Part shown: one piece after another, positions 1 to 28,200 of the stretch | Position numbering within the stretch: the first letter of the stretch is position 1 | How the letters are laid out: the number at the start of each line of letters is the position of its first letter | Source: Tubiluchus corallicola | Lineage: Eukaryota; Animalia; Priapulida | Direction of reading: 5' to 3' | DNA length: 64,000 nt | NCBI GenBank assembly: GCA_030141605.1 | Contig: JAQGDQ010000434.1 | Coordinates: forward strand, 124,001 to 188,000 | Notes under the pieces: generated by a model | Told to the model about the DNA's origin: nothing | The model's input: the letters and a program-made list of their open reading frames with translations, nothing else | The model's database searches: none | Program-made: the position numbers and the translations under genes

Positions 1-4454
<4,454 letters not shown>

Positions 4455-6909
4455 CTTGTCGAGCCAAACTGTAGTGTGAATAACGGGATACAGACATCAT
4501 TACCGTGTAATTGAAACTTTCTCTGATATAAAAAGCAAATACTTTTAAAATAATCATTTGGTGTCAGACGAAAACTAAGCTATCATTGGAGCAAGATTTG
4601 GTTCCATTTAAAATAGTTACCACATTGTCTATGCTGGCAAAGTCTGTATTAAGAACCCACAGGTTTCAAGTAGACTAAACCATCGACAATATACTTTTGC
4701 AATACAACTTTGACATTGCAAATGATATCTAGCGTGCCTTTATATTAAAATATTATGCACTGCTCGTAGGTAAGGTTATGTCAGTGTTCACAGCTTAAAT
4801 GCAATACTTTGTATCTATAACTTTTTTGAGTACAGCTTAAAATTCATGCTGAACGCTGTTTACTTCGTACCATGGCAAAACAGTGTAAAGTGTTAGACAA
4901 TTACAAGGAGGATGAGGTAGCAGTTCTCAAAGGGCCCTTAAAGATAAATTACACACAAAAGAATCGTTCTTGAGATTACCATGTTGAAATGCTTCACAAA
5001 AACTTGTGTAAGATTTTTCCTACATATTGATATTTGGATTAAAGGATTTACTGTGTCTGCTCACTGTGTTAATGTAGAAGACGGAAATGTAAAACACTAA
5101 CATGTAAACTGATAATGTTTTTTTAATTATTATTATAAAAATAGTCTTGCATTTTGCACTTCTCTGCTGTCCAAAAATAATTGAACAGTTGTCATATAGT
5201 CTGCTCAGTATTCACATGACACAGTACAAAAACATGCTTTGTAGATGTGCAGACTATAGAGTCTATCGAGTATTGACCACCTGGTTTTAAATAACTGTGT
5301 ATTGGAGATCCAAAGATCACTACTGCTTCATTTAACAGATGTCTAAATGTAGCATCATTGCTGTAATGAATCTAAGAATAATTAATACTTAACATTCTTA
5401 CTAAATATTGCTCTTTTTATTTGGTTTGCAATTTATCGTAGAATTTATTTAACACAGTTTTGAATTCAGAAGCAGACACTTTTGACAATGATATTTTGAC
5501 TTTTTCCTCTAGTTTTTGTGACATTTTTGCACTGTTCCCTTTGCATATTATGTTCACAAGTTAAAATTTTTGGAGAAGCAGATGGAGAAAAGCAAGAACA
5601 ACAGCTGCAGTATGGCACTGGCAGCAACTGTATTGGTAGTAACTCCAACAATGGCTACTGTATTTAGCAATGGCGGCATCTGTAATAACAGTAGTGGAAA
5701 CATCAGTATACGTTAATGTCATCGGCTGTAAAAAATCCAAATTTGTACCGATTGACCAAAAATTAATATACTCGTAGTTTGGCCCAAACCCTACAGAGTA
5801 TATACCAAGTTTCAACTTTCTAGTATCAAAATCGTTGCAGCTATCAAATCAAAAGTTTATTTTTCTCTATGACATTTCAGGAACGTATACATATGATAAA
5901 AATGTACAAACACAATTAGAGTAATAAACACTGTTAATAAAGTAAATATAAAGTCAAAGAGATAAGGTAGTGAATTGCCCGAAAAGTCATAAAGTCAGCT
6001 ACCCATTATATTTGGTAACAAAATAGGTTAATTTGTTTACTTGTAAACAAAAAAACTAAACATTGCATATTAAATAATGACGTGAAGTTGTCTGTTAAGT
6101 AATTGTAGATAATTATAATCTAAATACATGATTTTAATCTGTAAAATTTTTTATATATGTTATCAAGTTATTTCCATCAAAATTAAATATATAAGTAAAG
6201 CAAATTAAAAAAAGGTGAAAGTGAACAAAATCATCGTTGTTTTGAAAAGGCCCGTAGTATGACCTTAAGTAGAATTAGAAACACAATTTCATACAATAAT
6301 AATGATAATAATATTCTACATACGGCATCATTGTGCTGTAATACAATATTACTGTACAACAATATGATGATTGTACTATACATAATAACACAATAGTCTT
6401 ATTATTCAAAATAATAATAATAACAATAGGCTCCAGCTCTTTGTAAATAATTTTTTTAGTCAGTTATTGATTAGTTATGTAATAAAATAAACAATTGTCA
6501 TTTGTATAAATTTAACAAGTTTCTTATAATGTATATGCGATCAAGTTATTTGCTTTAAAATTAAATATTTAAGTGAAGCATAGCTGTCGTCACCGCAGCT
6601 GGTTATCTGCATAATTATTTTGAAAATGCTTTAATACTTACGTGCTTCTCGACCTGTAAACTGCAGTTGCAGTTTAGGGAGTTGGATTCGAGGTATACAG
6701 CGTGGAAAGTAATTTTTCAGAATAGATTATATATCCTTTGCTTAAACTATTGTTTTTTAGACATCTGGAACCCCTTGAGCTTTGCAAAAAGTAGTTTAGT
6801 TCACACTCCAAGAACTGACGTATAACTAAATAACGTGTTGCTAAATGATACCATCTCCTGATTGCATCCAAATAATTTTTTATGTACCTTGCCTAAACAG
6901 TTTATGTGC

Positions 6910-7040
6910 ATATCAAATCATTTATTTTCCATCCCAATAAGTTATATATAACAATACAAAGAAAAATAGGTATAAATAAAAAAGCCAATCAAATGGGAAG
7001 GGGTGGCGAAAAACATAAGTTATCGAATCAGCCACCCCAA
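6910..7040 (-). mobile_element. Probable LINE/SINE 3' end with stem-loop
   Basis: tttatt (AATAAA on -) near 6920 and inverted GGGGTGGC...GCCACCCC at ~6980-7037, next to the CR1/L2 fragment. Confidence 0.35.
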
Positions 7041-7259
7041 ACCGAGTATTAAATTAGTATTATGCAGTGCTGTAATTACATATTAATTGTATATAAACTG
7101 AAGTATACCCACACACGCACGCACGCACACACATATAGATATACTAGAAGTTTGGGGTGCACATGGTTAGTATACACGCTCCAACTCGCTAACTGGTGAT
7201 AGTATTAGAAGTTATGTGAAGAGGTGAAACCAGCAAAACAAATATGCTGGGTGCGGGCT

Positions 7260-8060
7260 AAAAACACAGACAGGCTAGTTGGGATGGCACCCTCATGGTA
7301 GAAACAGCAGAGGGTGCTGGTGCTCGGCAGTGATCTCTAGAAGTGATTTCTCTGATATCCGGTGGAAGTTTGTTCCACAAACGTATTGCTCTGGGGTAGA
7401 AGGAATATAAATAAATATTGACTCTTGCTGATGGCTGAACTAATTTGTTATTATCTTTGAGAGATGCGGTGATGTAAGTTGGTAAATTTATACCTATCCT
7501 GTGAAGCACTATATCATGAAAGATGTTTAGTACCATATGTCGGCGGCTAATTTCTAGTATTTCCCACCCGAGTTCGGAGACCATCTTAGATACTTCAGCA
7601 TTTCTAGGTATATTCATTTCGTACAAATCTTGCTGCATTTCGCTGGACTTGCTCAGTACGCTTGGTGTCAGTGATTGTGTATGGGTTCCAGGCTGCGATA
7701 CCATATTCTAGTTTGGGTCTGACCAGGACTTGATATGCTCTTTCTTTGACTTGCTCATGACATGGATGTAGTGTCCTGCGAACGACATTAAGTGTCTTGG
7801 TCGCACGAGTGACAATTTCCTGGCAGTGCTCACCCCAACGAAGATTTGTGCTGATGGTATTTCCCAGGTATGGGTGTGAAAGAACATGCTCTAGGATGCT
7901 CAGAAAGATAGATTTGAGCCATTTTAGCATATGAGCTTTGATTCCATAGAATACGAGCTTTGCTAAGAGGCACTGATGTGGGACTCGGTCGAAAGCTTTG
8001 CTGAAGTCAAGCAGGACAGTATCAACCTGGCAGACTTTATTGCCATGTCTGTCATTTAAA
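7260..8060 (-). mobile_element. Decayed CR1/L2-clade LINE reverse transcriptase fragment with internal deletion
   Basis: ORF 7604-8095 has VDTVLLDFSKAFDRVPHQCLLAKL joined almost directly to YLGNTISTNLRW...LVRPKLEYGIAAWNPY...EQVQRNAARFV. The overlapping frame 7258-7704 has YSFYPRAIRLWNKLP. There is a frameshift and no PQG/YADD core. Confidence 0.9.
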
Positions 8061-8084
8061 GCTAAAAACCTTGTGTTCCAAATG

Positions 8085-8216
8085 TCCTGCATCAAAAATA
8101 CCTAGTGTCCTAATGTTTATGTATTTAAAACCTTAAGTGTCTAAATAGCTCTTGTGTCCAAATAACCCATGTGTCCAAGCAGTCTAGGTGTTCAAATAAT
8201 CTGTGTGTCCAAAGAA
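8085..8216. repeat. Degenerate ~17-bp tandem repeat (GTGTCCAAATAA-type)
   Basis: gtgtctaaatagctctt / gtgtccaaataacccat / gtgtccaagcagtctag / gtgttcaaataatctgt / gtgtccaaag, plus more decayed units upstream. Confidence 0.7.
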
Positions 8217-9023
8217 ACTTTCACGTTGTTGTTGAAACATGTTTCAAGGAAAATGATGCTGTCGAAGTAACCTGTGTCTAATTAGTGCAATTACTGTTTG
8301 TAATAATATATGTTATGCAAAACTTATATTCATTAGTACTATATGTTTGTTTTAGGCGACGTCTTGTATTAAATTTTGTCATTGTACATTATAGTAAATT
8401 TAAGCAAATAAAATTAGCGTGAATTAAATTGGCTCTCATAAATTTGAGCATAAAAGACGAAGAGTTCTTATATTGCTCAATTTGGACAAAGCGAATTTGT
8501 CGCCGCGCTTAGTTACACAGTCTATAAATAATAACAGGTAATAAATTCATAACAATCATCCTAACCTTAGTTGGAGATTTTAACGTTACTGTTTAGAGGT
8601 TTAACTGTGAGCTGTTGCTTAAATTATTTAAGCATTAATATTAAGTGTGAGATTTGTATTTCCTTTATAAAATTTATGTTTAGGTAGACATTTTTCGAAA
8701 TTTTATTTCTCATTACTTTAATAATAAATTAACAGCGTTACCATTATAATTAATTATTCTGCTGCATATCGACTTTTGCAAAAACATTTTTCAGAAAAGC
8801 AATGGTATAGGAATGAATAGCTGCATTGATTATTTTAAACCATAAATTTGTTGTACAGTAGGAGATTGCATTACACTATGAATTTGTATTTTAAAACCTG
8901 AAACCTACACCCTGACTAATGAAAATAATAATACGAACTATGCAGGCCTAGAGTACATGCATAAATTGAGCAAATTTACTTTTGATGTTTTAAGAGTAAC
9001 TAGAAAGTTTTTTGGATTTGACA

Positions 9024-19708
<10,685 letters not shown>

Positions 19709-20457
19709 CATATCTGCTCTGATTGTTAATTCAGTTTTGCAATTTTGTACCTGATCCACTTGTCTGGTGAACGTGTACCATTCAATTTGATTTAATAAAT
19801 TACTGAAGCTTAAATTATGAAGTTTTAGCCTCATGATGAATATAAGTTCTGTGTGATTTGTATAATTAGTTACAATACTTAGCTATGAAATTGTTTTTGA
19901 AAGGTACAAAAAACTTTGTAAGACAGGTTTTAAATATTTTTAACATTTTTTTGTGTTTAGTATAACGTAGTTAATGATTTTTTCAAAAGTCTAGTCTACT
20001 GCACTAGCATTTCAACTTATTTTGCGCTATTAAGTAAAAAGAAATAAAATGACTTGTTTGTACCATGCTATGCTATACTACATATGTGTAATAAAATATT
20101 GCACACCTTTTTGTGATAAAGTTTAATCTTGAATATTCTTAGTCATCTCTTCTCTTCAAAGAATTTCTATAATTAATTTAAGTTTTAAATTAAATAAAAT
20201 TATTTGAACATAAAAGTACAGTTAAATTGTTAAACTAGTTGACAATATTTCTGACGTGGTCAGAAATGGAAGGTTTTGCAAACAGCAGTTACAGAACTGG
20301 GCCCTCAAGAAATGTCAACATTTTGATTGAAAGTTATAATTTTGATTTTGTTGAGTTTGCATGGCTTGATTACCTAGGGACTGCACTTCACAATGAAATT
20401 GCAACTTGTAACTTTTCAAGCCGTGACCTATGGGTCAAACGTCAGCCAGTCCCACGT

Positions 20458-20657
20458 CAACTTATACCATTCAATTCACATCATTCAGACCTTTCATTTG
20501 ATATGTTGCAAGCCAGTTTCCATTGACACGAAAAAGTATTTTGTCTGCTCGACACCTGTTTTACCTTTAGTTGAGTCAGGGATCAATCAATTTCAGCACA
20601 ACTTATATCACTCAATTTGCCTCATTGAAACGTTTCATTTGATGCACTACAAGCCAC
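20458..20657. repeat. Degenerate direct repeat (~58-bp unit, ~141-bp period) within an interspersed element
   Basis: caacttataccattcaattcacatcattcagacctttcatttgat...caagcca versus caacttatatcactcaatttgcctcattgaaacgtttcatttgat...caagcca. Confidence 0.7.
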
Positions 20658-23600
20658 TGTTTTTCAAGACTGGAAAAATGTCTGTGATAAATGACCCACC
20701 CATTTTCCGTTTATGACCCCTAGTGGAAATTTTTTCAGCATTCAAATTGCCCATATTCGGCTATGTATAAAATTCTTGCTCTAATTTAAAACTGTAGGCA
20801 AAGTAGGCGCCTAACAAAAAACTGATTGTGTCTAATGTCTTTGACCCTTTCACCCCAGGTGACCATCCACTTTCTGATAAATACTTAGGGTTTTTAGTGC
20901 AACTGAGGTTTTCAGTACACATGTGTTTAAAAAGCTGGGCTTCCTTAAGGGCCCCGTGATAGGAACTGAAGCCGGAAAATGGGTCATGTCAAACTCCATA
21001 AGCATAACAACTAGAATAACGAAACTTGCTGGGTAGACACCTGAGATAAGTGCCCAAAAAACTATAGGAATGGTGACTCTGGGTCAAAGTTTACAGTGAC
21101 AGGAGCCAAAATGTGAAAGTGGGCCTGGCCAAAACGTTTAAGACAAAATCGTTAATATTTCAACAAAACTTTTCAAGGATTTTTGACACTGCATCTAGTA
21201 AACTGCAATGAAAGCTGTTGGGTACTTTGTCAGGAGACACAGTAATAAAGTAGCTCTACTTTGGATTACTGGCATTCGCGAGCAAATTCAAAGATCTCCC
21301 ACATCGATAGCGATGATGATGATGAATTATAGTGATTTTACATCTGTCTTTGGAGATATTTGGTAATCAATTAAGAATTACTTTGTCAATTTTGTTAATT
21401 TAGAGCTGCGCTGCAGCTCTGCCCATACTTTTGCACCTCTTAGTTTTTAAAGGCTGTTTAACTTGTTACTGATAGGCCCCATGCTACAGATCAAAGAACG
21501 GAATGTACGTCTTCGTAACAGTACGCGTACATCTTTGGACGGCGCAAGGGTACCGTAACGTGCAGTAGCATGATGCACTGTTCACTTTTATGAAGTTCAT
21601 ATTTTGATCTCCAATTTCTAAATTTTTCACTGAATCTCTTAAAAGGTGGTTGCAAAGACAGTAAGAATGATTTATGTAGATTAATTTGTTTTTCTTTTCT
21701 TTCGTTTGTACATTTTAATAGTGGCTTTTCATAGGACGCTGGTCCTTGTGCTTAAGTAATGTGTTTGGTTAAAGGTTGTGTGTAAAGGCTGTTTCTTTAA
21801 AACAGTTGCACAACTAAAAGTTTGACCCCAGATTGCAACTTTTAGTTGCACAGCTGGAAATTGCATGTCTGCACCTGGCCTAACCTAGAAATTGTGAAAG
21901 TTCTCTAACACAAAAATCATAACATAGAAGTAAACACCAACTTTGTGTAAACAGTCTCTTCACTGGTTCACTCAGTCAGTCTGCTTGTAGTACAGCTTAC
22001 TTTTTCTACTGCATCTCACAGGATAACTCTGGATGTCCCTAGATGTAGAGTAACTGCTTATAAACGTTTTTCTACATGGCTTTTTATCTGTGGAATTTAG
22101 TATCAGAATATTGCTTCCCTGAAAACTACAACCTCACTCGATTCAAGAAAGATACCAACAGATACTTTATTTGCCTAGCAAATTCATTAATTTTATAAAA
22201 AATTATAAAAAATCTAAAAGTAATTAAAACTGGCCAAAACCCTAACTTAAAAGTAAGGGAAATTCTGGTGCAATTTATCTAAATTTGATTTTACAAATGG
22301 AAATTAGGCAATTACTCAAAATTCTAATATACTAGGTTTTTGGCTGTTTTATGACCTACAGGCCTAGTAATTATTGACCATCCGGCACTAAAATGCTGGT
22401 CTTCATCAAGTTTCTTCTTCAAGCTTTATCAAGTTTCATTGTTGTGCCTGATCAACTTTCAGGCCATTGAGAAATTTCACTTTTTACACAATATTCGTCA
22501 ATTTTATTACAATGAGCATTTGCAGGTAAAAACTGCCAATAGATCTATTAAGCGACGTTCTTAAGCTTTAAAATGATCACATTTTTGTGTCAAGATCATT
22601 TTTGGATTTTGTGTGTTTTCAGTCAATTAATTGAGTGTTTTGTGCTGTTTTGTTTAGTAAATGAAGCGTTTTTCATGGGGTACCGGCAGATTTTTCTCAA
22701 GGAGTTAAATTATTTCACAAAAACTTACTTATGCCGACTTAAACAAAAACAGCTAGCATCTTCAAATAGCTAATAAAATATCCAGCCGGAATAATGTTAT
22801 TTATGTAAATGCTGGATATAAGCTTTTTGTGCGCTAAATCATATTTGTAAAAAAAAGAGTGTAAAGTTTCACGCAGCAGCAAGCTGCAGCATAGCTGGAA
22901 CAATAGGATGCCATGGTGTTTGTGACGCACAGCCGCTATGTTCATTGTCGTGCTGTACCTTCTAACATCCCACTGCCCCGAACTGGCATTGCTATGGTGA
23001 CTGAGCAATTTTTTGTCTGCCATCTAGAGAAGAGTTAAAAAAAAATGCAAGTGTGTAATTGCACTATTTGCAGTCGCATGTCAACACAAAAATTACAGTT
23101 ATGCCACTAATTAACGTGTACTTAGATCTGCTAGGAGAATAAGTAAATTTGTTATAATTTATAAAATTTATTATATATTGCAGAAATTGTATTGTTTAGT
23201 TGGTTGGAACGCTTGTGGCCTTCTGCATTTCCTGCATTAAAGAGGTTCTTGCAGAACTGGCTTCAATTTAGTTTATTGACTATGGCATAGTAAGTCCAAA
23301 AATAGTATTGCAATAATTATTAACGTAGACAAAATTCAGAATTAAGTGTACTTTTTGAATGTTATCTGTAGCCTAATTTAATTTAACTTTCATTTAATTT
23401 GAAATTTGTCTTTGAACACAGAGTTTGCAAAGAGGCCAGTCTCATCAAGGTTATAATTTTCTAGGTTTCCGCTTTAATAGTCAATGTTAGCAAGGGTTGA
23501 CGATTACTGACTGGGGAAGAGAAGATTTATCGAAAAAGTAAATTTAATACAAAGATGCATGTATAGAGAGAGGCATCTTTATGTACTGCTTTTTTGCCCT

Positions 23601-24787
23601 TTAGTTTCAATGTGAACCTGCAGGCACATTATGTAAGATTCTGACGTGGCCCAAGAAACATAGCAAATTGCACTTAACTTGGTCACAAAAATATTTCCAC
23701 ATTGTCTTTGGTTAAATTTGGTGAAATGTATCGTTGCTGTACTACTTTACTTTCTCTTCTATATATATACAGTGCAGTGTTTTGTTTGGTAAAAATATTT
23801 TGTGATTCTGACCTCAATAAGTATCACTAAGGTTACTGTAACTTACTTAATACACATACAGGTTCCTATAGTTATGGTATTTGGCATCGGTTATAAATTA
23901 TAACTTAAATATAACAATGGATTTTTCTCGCTTTTAATCTCTTGTGCAACAGACTACATCTTTCAGCCAAGATAACAAGTTACATAGTACTACAATATTG
24001 TAATAATAAATTATCATTCTTAATATGTACGTGTCTCATGCAGTACTTACAATTTAATTTACGGCACAGTCAAATACTGGAAACGTGTAATGCTTCCTAT
24101 TTTAAAAAGTTAAGTAATGATAAAGCAACAAAAATTAAGCAATTCATAAGTAAAATTGGGCTCTAAAATTTCGTATCTATTCCACATACCCTTTTTAAAA
24201 AAAGTCAACACTCTAATTAATTCTGCCAACTTAACTGCAAAAGGGTGATGTAGCAAAAAAAGAAACGATTGTATTGTGCATGGTGAATTTGAGGAGAAAA
24301 ATAAATATGTCTGTGCCTGTGTGTAAAATCATTCATTGCTAAAAAAATGTATGCAGATTTCCCAGCCAATACAAGTGGCACAAACTCCGAGTTTTTGACT
24401 AATCCTTAAAAAAGAGATTGTTTTCTTGCCGAAAGTGCACAGTGTAATATGTTGATGTTGCATACATTTATGTAATTCGTCGTTTGCATATATGTGGCCT
24501 ATTTGTCAGTTTTCACTTTTGTATTTCAGTTTGCTAGGCATCATTGAATAGTTGCTTTTCTAATCCTTCATTTATTTTGCTCTATGGTAGAACAGTCATT
24601 GACTTTTATTTATTAAATAAACCTCTACCATTGTATAGGTAGTCATTTGCCAACTAGAAACAACAAACGAAATTGCTCCTTTCATGATATAGACATCATT
24701 CATGTCTAAGTGTGGATTTTTAATCTAGGCAATCTTTTTGTTTTTGTTAGGATGTACCTGAGTTGGCTACAATTTAACTGACTTGTA

Positions 24788-26902
24788 ATGGAGGACAAGG
24801 ACAATTTTGGTTTGGCATTTCAGGAAACTGCACCTGGTATGGAACTAGGTCTAGAAAATTCAGATGTGCTTTCTGGAGATCATGTGTTAGATGCGGTTGA
24901 TATGCACATACAGAAGAACTTAGAAGATGAACTTGTGAAAGAAGCCTTGAATGAAGGCGTCGATTTGAGGCAGTATTCCAAGCAGGTGGAAGCAGAATTA
25001 CTTGACGTTGAAAATGCATCTATTCAAGACTACATTAAAGAAAGCCAAAATATAGCAAGCTTGCATAATCAAATAACTGCTTGTGATTCTATATTGGAGA
25101 CGATGGAAAATATGTTAAGTGGATTTGAAACTGATTTAAGCAGCATTAGTGACGAGATACAAACACTGCAAGCACAATCTATTGCCATGAGTATTAAACT
25201 AAAGAACAGACAGAGTGTTAGGGGAGAATTGAGCCAGTTTGTTCATGAAATAGCTGTGCCAGAATTCATGATTACTACAATACTTGACACAAGTGTCACC
25301 GAGAGAGATTTTCTTGAACAACTCCACGAACTAAATCACAAGATTAATTTTGTTAAAGAGCAGTCATTCAATGATTGTAAGGCTGCAATTGATGTGAAAG
25401 ATGTGTTAGAAAAACTCAAGATTAAGTCCATTGCAAAAACACGAGAGTTTCTGTTACAAAAAATATACCAGTTTCGAAAACCAATGACCAATTACCAAAT
25501 TCCCCAGGATGCGATGTTAAAATTTCGTTTCTTTTATGAGTTCATGCTTTGCAATGAAAGACATGTTGCAAAAGAAATTAGAGATGAATACATAGATACG
25601 ATGAGCAAGATCTATTACTCCTACTTCCGCAGTTACATTAACAGAGTCATGAAGTTACAGTTTGAAGATGTGGCCGATAAAGATGATTTGATGGGGGTTG
25701 AGGACACTGCGAGACGTGGTATATTTTCGTCAAAGCCCCAGTTGAAAAATCGTTCTACAACTTTTACACTTGGAAGCAGAGGCAGCATTCTAACCAATTC
25801 TTTAGAAGCTCCTATTATTGTTCCTCATGCTGCTCAAAAATCTATGCAAAATAGATACTCATATGAAGCATTATTTAGAAGCATACATTTTGCTTTAATG
25901 GACAACTGCTGTAGAGAGTATTTGTTTCTGACCGAGTTCTTTTTAGTGTCTAATGCTGCAGCACACGACTTGTTTTACATGGTGATGGGAAAAACACTGG
26001 GAATGTTTTTGAGTGATCTGGAACGGCATATGAATGAATCATATGATTCCATTGCCATATTTTTATGCATACATTTGGTTTACAGATATCAGGTCATCAT
26101 GCATAAACGTGGTGTCCCTGCTTTAGATAAATACTGGGAAACAGTGCAGAGTATATTGTGGCCTAGATTTGAATATATTTTACAACTAAACATACAAAAT
26201 ATAAATGAGACTGATCCCAGCAAACTAGCTTCTATTGATGTAAGGCCGCACTATATTACAAGAAGATATGCCGAGTTTTCTGCTGCTATAGTTGGTCTCA
26301 ACGAAAGTTTTCCTAGTGAGAGGGTAAACAGATTGCTTGCCGCACTGCAGGGAGAAGTAGAAAATTTCATTCTTCGAATGGCAGCCGAGTTTCCACACCG
26401 GAAAGAGCAACTCATTTTCTTAATTAACAATTACGATATGATGTTGAGTGTCATAATGGAAAGGACAACAGACGATTCGAAAGAGTCAGAAAGCTTTAAA
26501 GAGCTTCTGAGTGCAAGGCAGCAGGACTTTGTAGAGGAGCTGCTTTCTCCTTATTTCGGTAATATGATAACATTTGTGAAGGAATGTGAAAATCTGATAG
26601 AAAGGGGCCAAGCTGATCAAATCATTAAAGATGAAAGGAAAGTTACTATGATAGTGCGCTCATTTAACAGTGATTGGAAGAAAGCAATTGATGAGTTGAA
26701 CAACGAAGTCATGCAGTGTTTCACTAACTTCAAGAATGGAACTTCCATCTTACAAGCAGCTTTGACGCAGCTGATTCAATATTATCACAGATTCCAAAAA
26801 ATTCTCTCGTTGCAAACATTCAAAGGGATGGCAGTGCGTAGCGAACTCATCAACATACACCATGTTATGGTCGAAGTAAAAAAACACAAGCCAAATTTTT
26901 AA
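24788..26902 (+). CDS. VPS52: Vacuolar protein sorting-associated protein 52 (GARP/EARP subunit), 704 aa, single coding exon
   Basis: Uninterrupted ORF with GVDLRQYSKQVEAEL, SIQDYIKESQNIASLHNQITACDSILE, FRKPMTNYQIPQ, RPHYITRRYAEF, FLINNYD and C-terminal NIHHVMVEVKKHKPNF. The pyrimidine-rich acceptor at 24750 suggests a 5' UTR intron. Confidence 0.97.
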   Translation: MEDKDNFGLAFQETAPGMELGLENSDVLSGDHVLDAVDMHIQKNLEDELVKEALNEGVDLRQYSKQVEAELLDVENASIQDYIKESQNIASLHNQITACDSILETMENMLSGFETDLSSISDEIQTLQAQSIAMSIKLKNRQSVRGELSQFVHEIAVPEFMITTILDTSVTERDFLEQLHELNHKINFVKEQSFNDCKAAIDVKDVLEKLKIKSIAKTREFLLQKIYQFRKPMTNYQIPQDAMLKFRFFYEFMLCNERHVAKEIRDEYIDTMSKIYYSYFRSYINRVMKLQFEDVADKDDLMGVEDTARRGIFSSKPQLKNRSTTFTLGSRGSILTNSLEAPIIVPHAAQKSMQNRYSYEALFRSIHFALMDNCCREYLFLTEFFLVSNAAAHDLFYMVMGKTLGMFLSDLERHMNESYDSIAIFLCIHLVYRYQVIMHKRGVPALDKYWETVQSILWPRFEYILQLNIQNINETDPSKLASIDVRPHYITRRYAEFSAAIVGLNESFPSERVNRLLAALQGEVENFILRMAAEFPHRKEQLIFLINNYDMMLSVIMERTTDDSKESESFKELLSARQQDFVEELLSPYFGNMITFVKECENLIERGQADQIIKDERKVTMIVRSFNSDWKKAIDELNNEVMQCFTNFKNGTSILQAALTQLIQYYHRFQKILSLQTFKGMAVRSELINIHHVMVEVKKHKPNF

Positions 26903-27454
26903 TAATTGCATAATTCCTTGCTTTGCTAGTAGTTATTTATTAAGTTTCTGATCCTGGACTGTTAGAAATATTTTTGGTTCATCAAAAATTATTGTGGTTG
27001 ACTTCTTGTTACTTATTTTTTAAATATATTAGTAAAACACTTGTTAATCTTTGAGGACAATGATTGTAAGTTATAAATGGTTCTAGAGAAATCTGACATT
27101 AACCATTGTTACAACGTAGTTATGGCAAAATCACAATAAATTTCACCCGTTATAACTAAGCAAAAATAATTATTTTCAATTCTTTATTTGTCATACTTGA
27201 CTGATTTATGTGTCACTATCTTTAAACTATAGGAATACTTAAAATGTAAGTGCAGTTTGTAATATTTGTCAAATTTTACATCTGTGTTACCATTATTATA
27301 GTATGAAGCATAAAAGGCAAGTATCTTAATGCAGGTTGTAGCAGCACACTAAGGGTATTCTATAGTAATTAGAGAACGTCCCACAGAAGTGATTTCCTGG
27401 CAAATTCTGTTTTTTAGTAGTAGGTACTACAGATGGCGCTGCTTGAGGAACCTT

Positions 27455-27869
27455 TAGGGTTGCCAGATTATAAAATTAGAAACATGGGACATTCTTAACG
27501 AACTATATTACATTTCTCTATTTTACTTTATATATACATATTTATTTATTTATGTATATTTATATGTATATATAAGTATGAATGGGTTATGAGGAAAACA
27601 AAAGTAAAATCATTTGCAAGTGTTTATTTAAATTGCAGACAGCAGAGAAATATTATTATTTAATACACACATTATAGATAACTAAAGAAATTCTGAGAAA
27701 GTGAGGTCATTGAAATTACAACTAAGAACGGTAAGAAGGCAGTATTTTCATTACAGAATTTGAAAATGAACTAAATGTGGGACATACGGGTGTCCCTAAG
27801 AGGTCAGTACGGGACGGGACAAAATTATCACGGGCATGTCCTGTATATAAGGAATGTCTGACAACCCTA
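27455..27869. mobile_element. Non-autonomous hAT-type DNA transposon (MITE), 415 bp
   Basis: TIRs TAGGGTTGCCAGA (27455-) and TCTGACAACCCTA (-27869); 8-bp TSD GGAACCTT / GGAAGCTT (7 of 8 match); subterminal GGGAC repeats. Confidence 0.85.
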
Positions 27870-28059
27870 GGAAGCTTGATTTTCCAAAAACTGATTATCT
27901 GAACAAATAATTTATACAGATCTGTTAGTTAGAAGCCATAATCTTTTATTTAAAAAATTAGTTTAAAAAAATGCACAATAATTATTACATTTAGTCCTTG
28001 ACTATGTATTATATTAATTATTTATAATCTTGCTGTCAAGACTGTTATTAATGATGGTA

Positions 28060-28200
28060 TAAACCTACAATTAATTTAATTATGAAACCAAACTTGAAAA
28101 GCAGAAAATTAGAAAAAGTTCGAACACAGCCTGGATTTGAACTGGGACTTTTTGCTTATACAACAGACACGGCCACTAGACTGTTGCCTAGCGATCCCTT
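28060..28200 (-). mobile_element. tRNA-derived SINE (family A), minus-strand copy
   Basis: Reverse complement reads ...taagcaaaaagtcccagttcaaatccaggctgtgttcgaactttttctaatt...ttcaagtttggtttcataatt, matching the + copies at ~28930 and ~29160. Confidence 0.7.

Noticed and set aside
8085-8216. CRISPR-like regularly spaced repeats
   Set aside because: Eukaryotic context, 17-bp period without unique spacers, no cas genes.
22240-23040. Possible piggyBac-like element ending in GAAGAGTTAA
   Set aside because: No matching left TIR or TTAA target site could be found.
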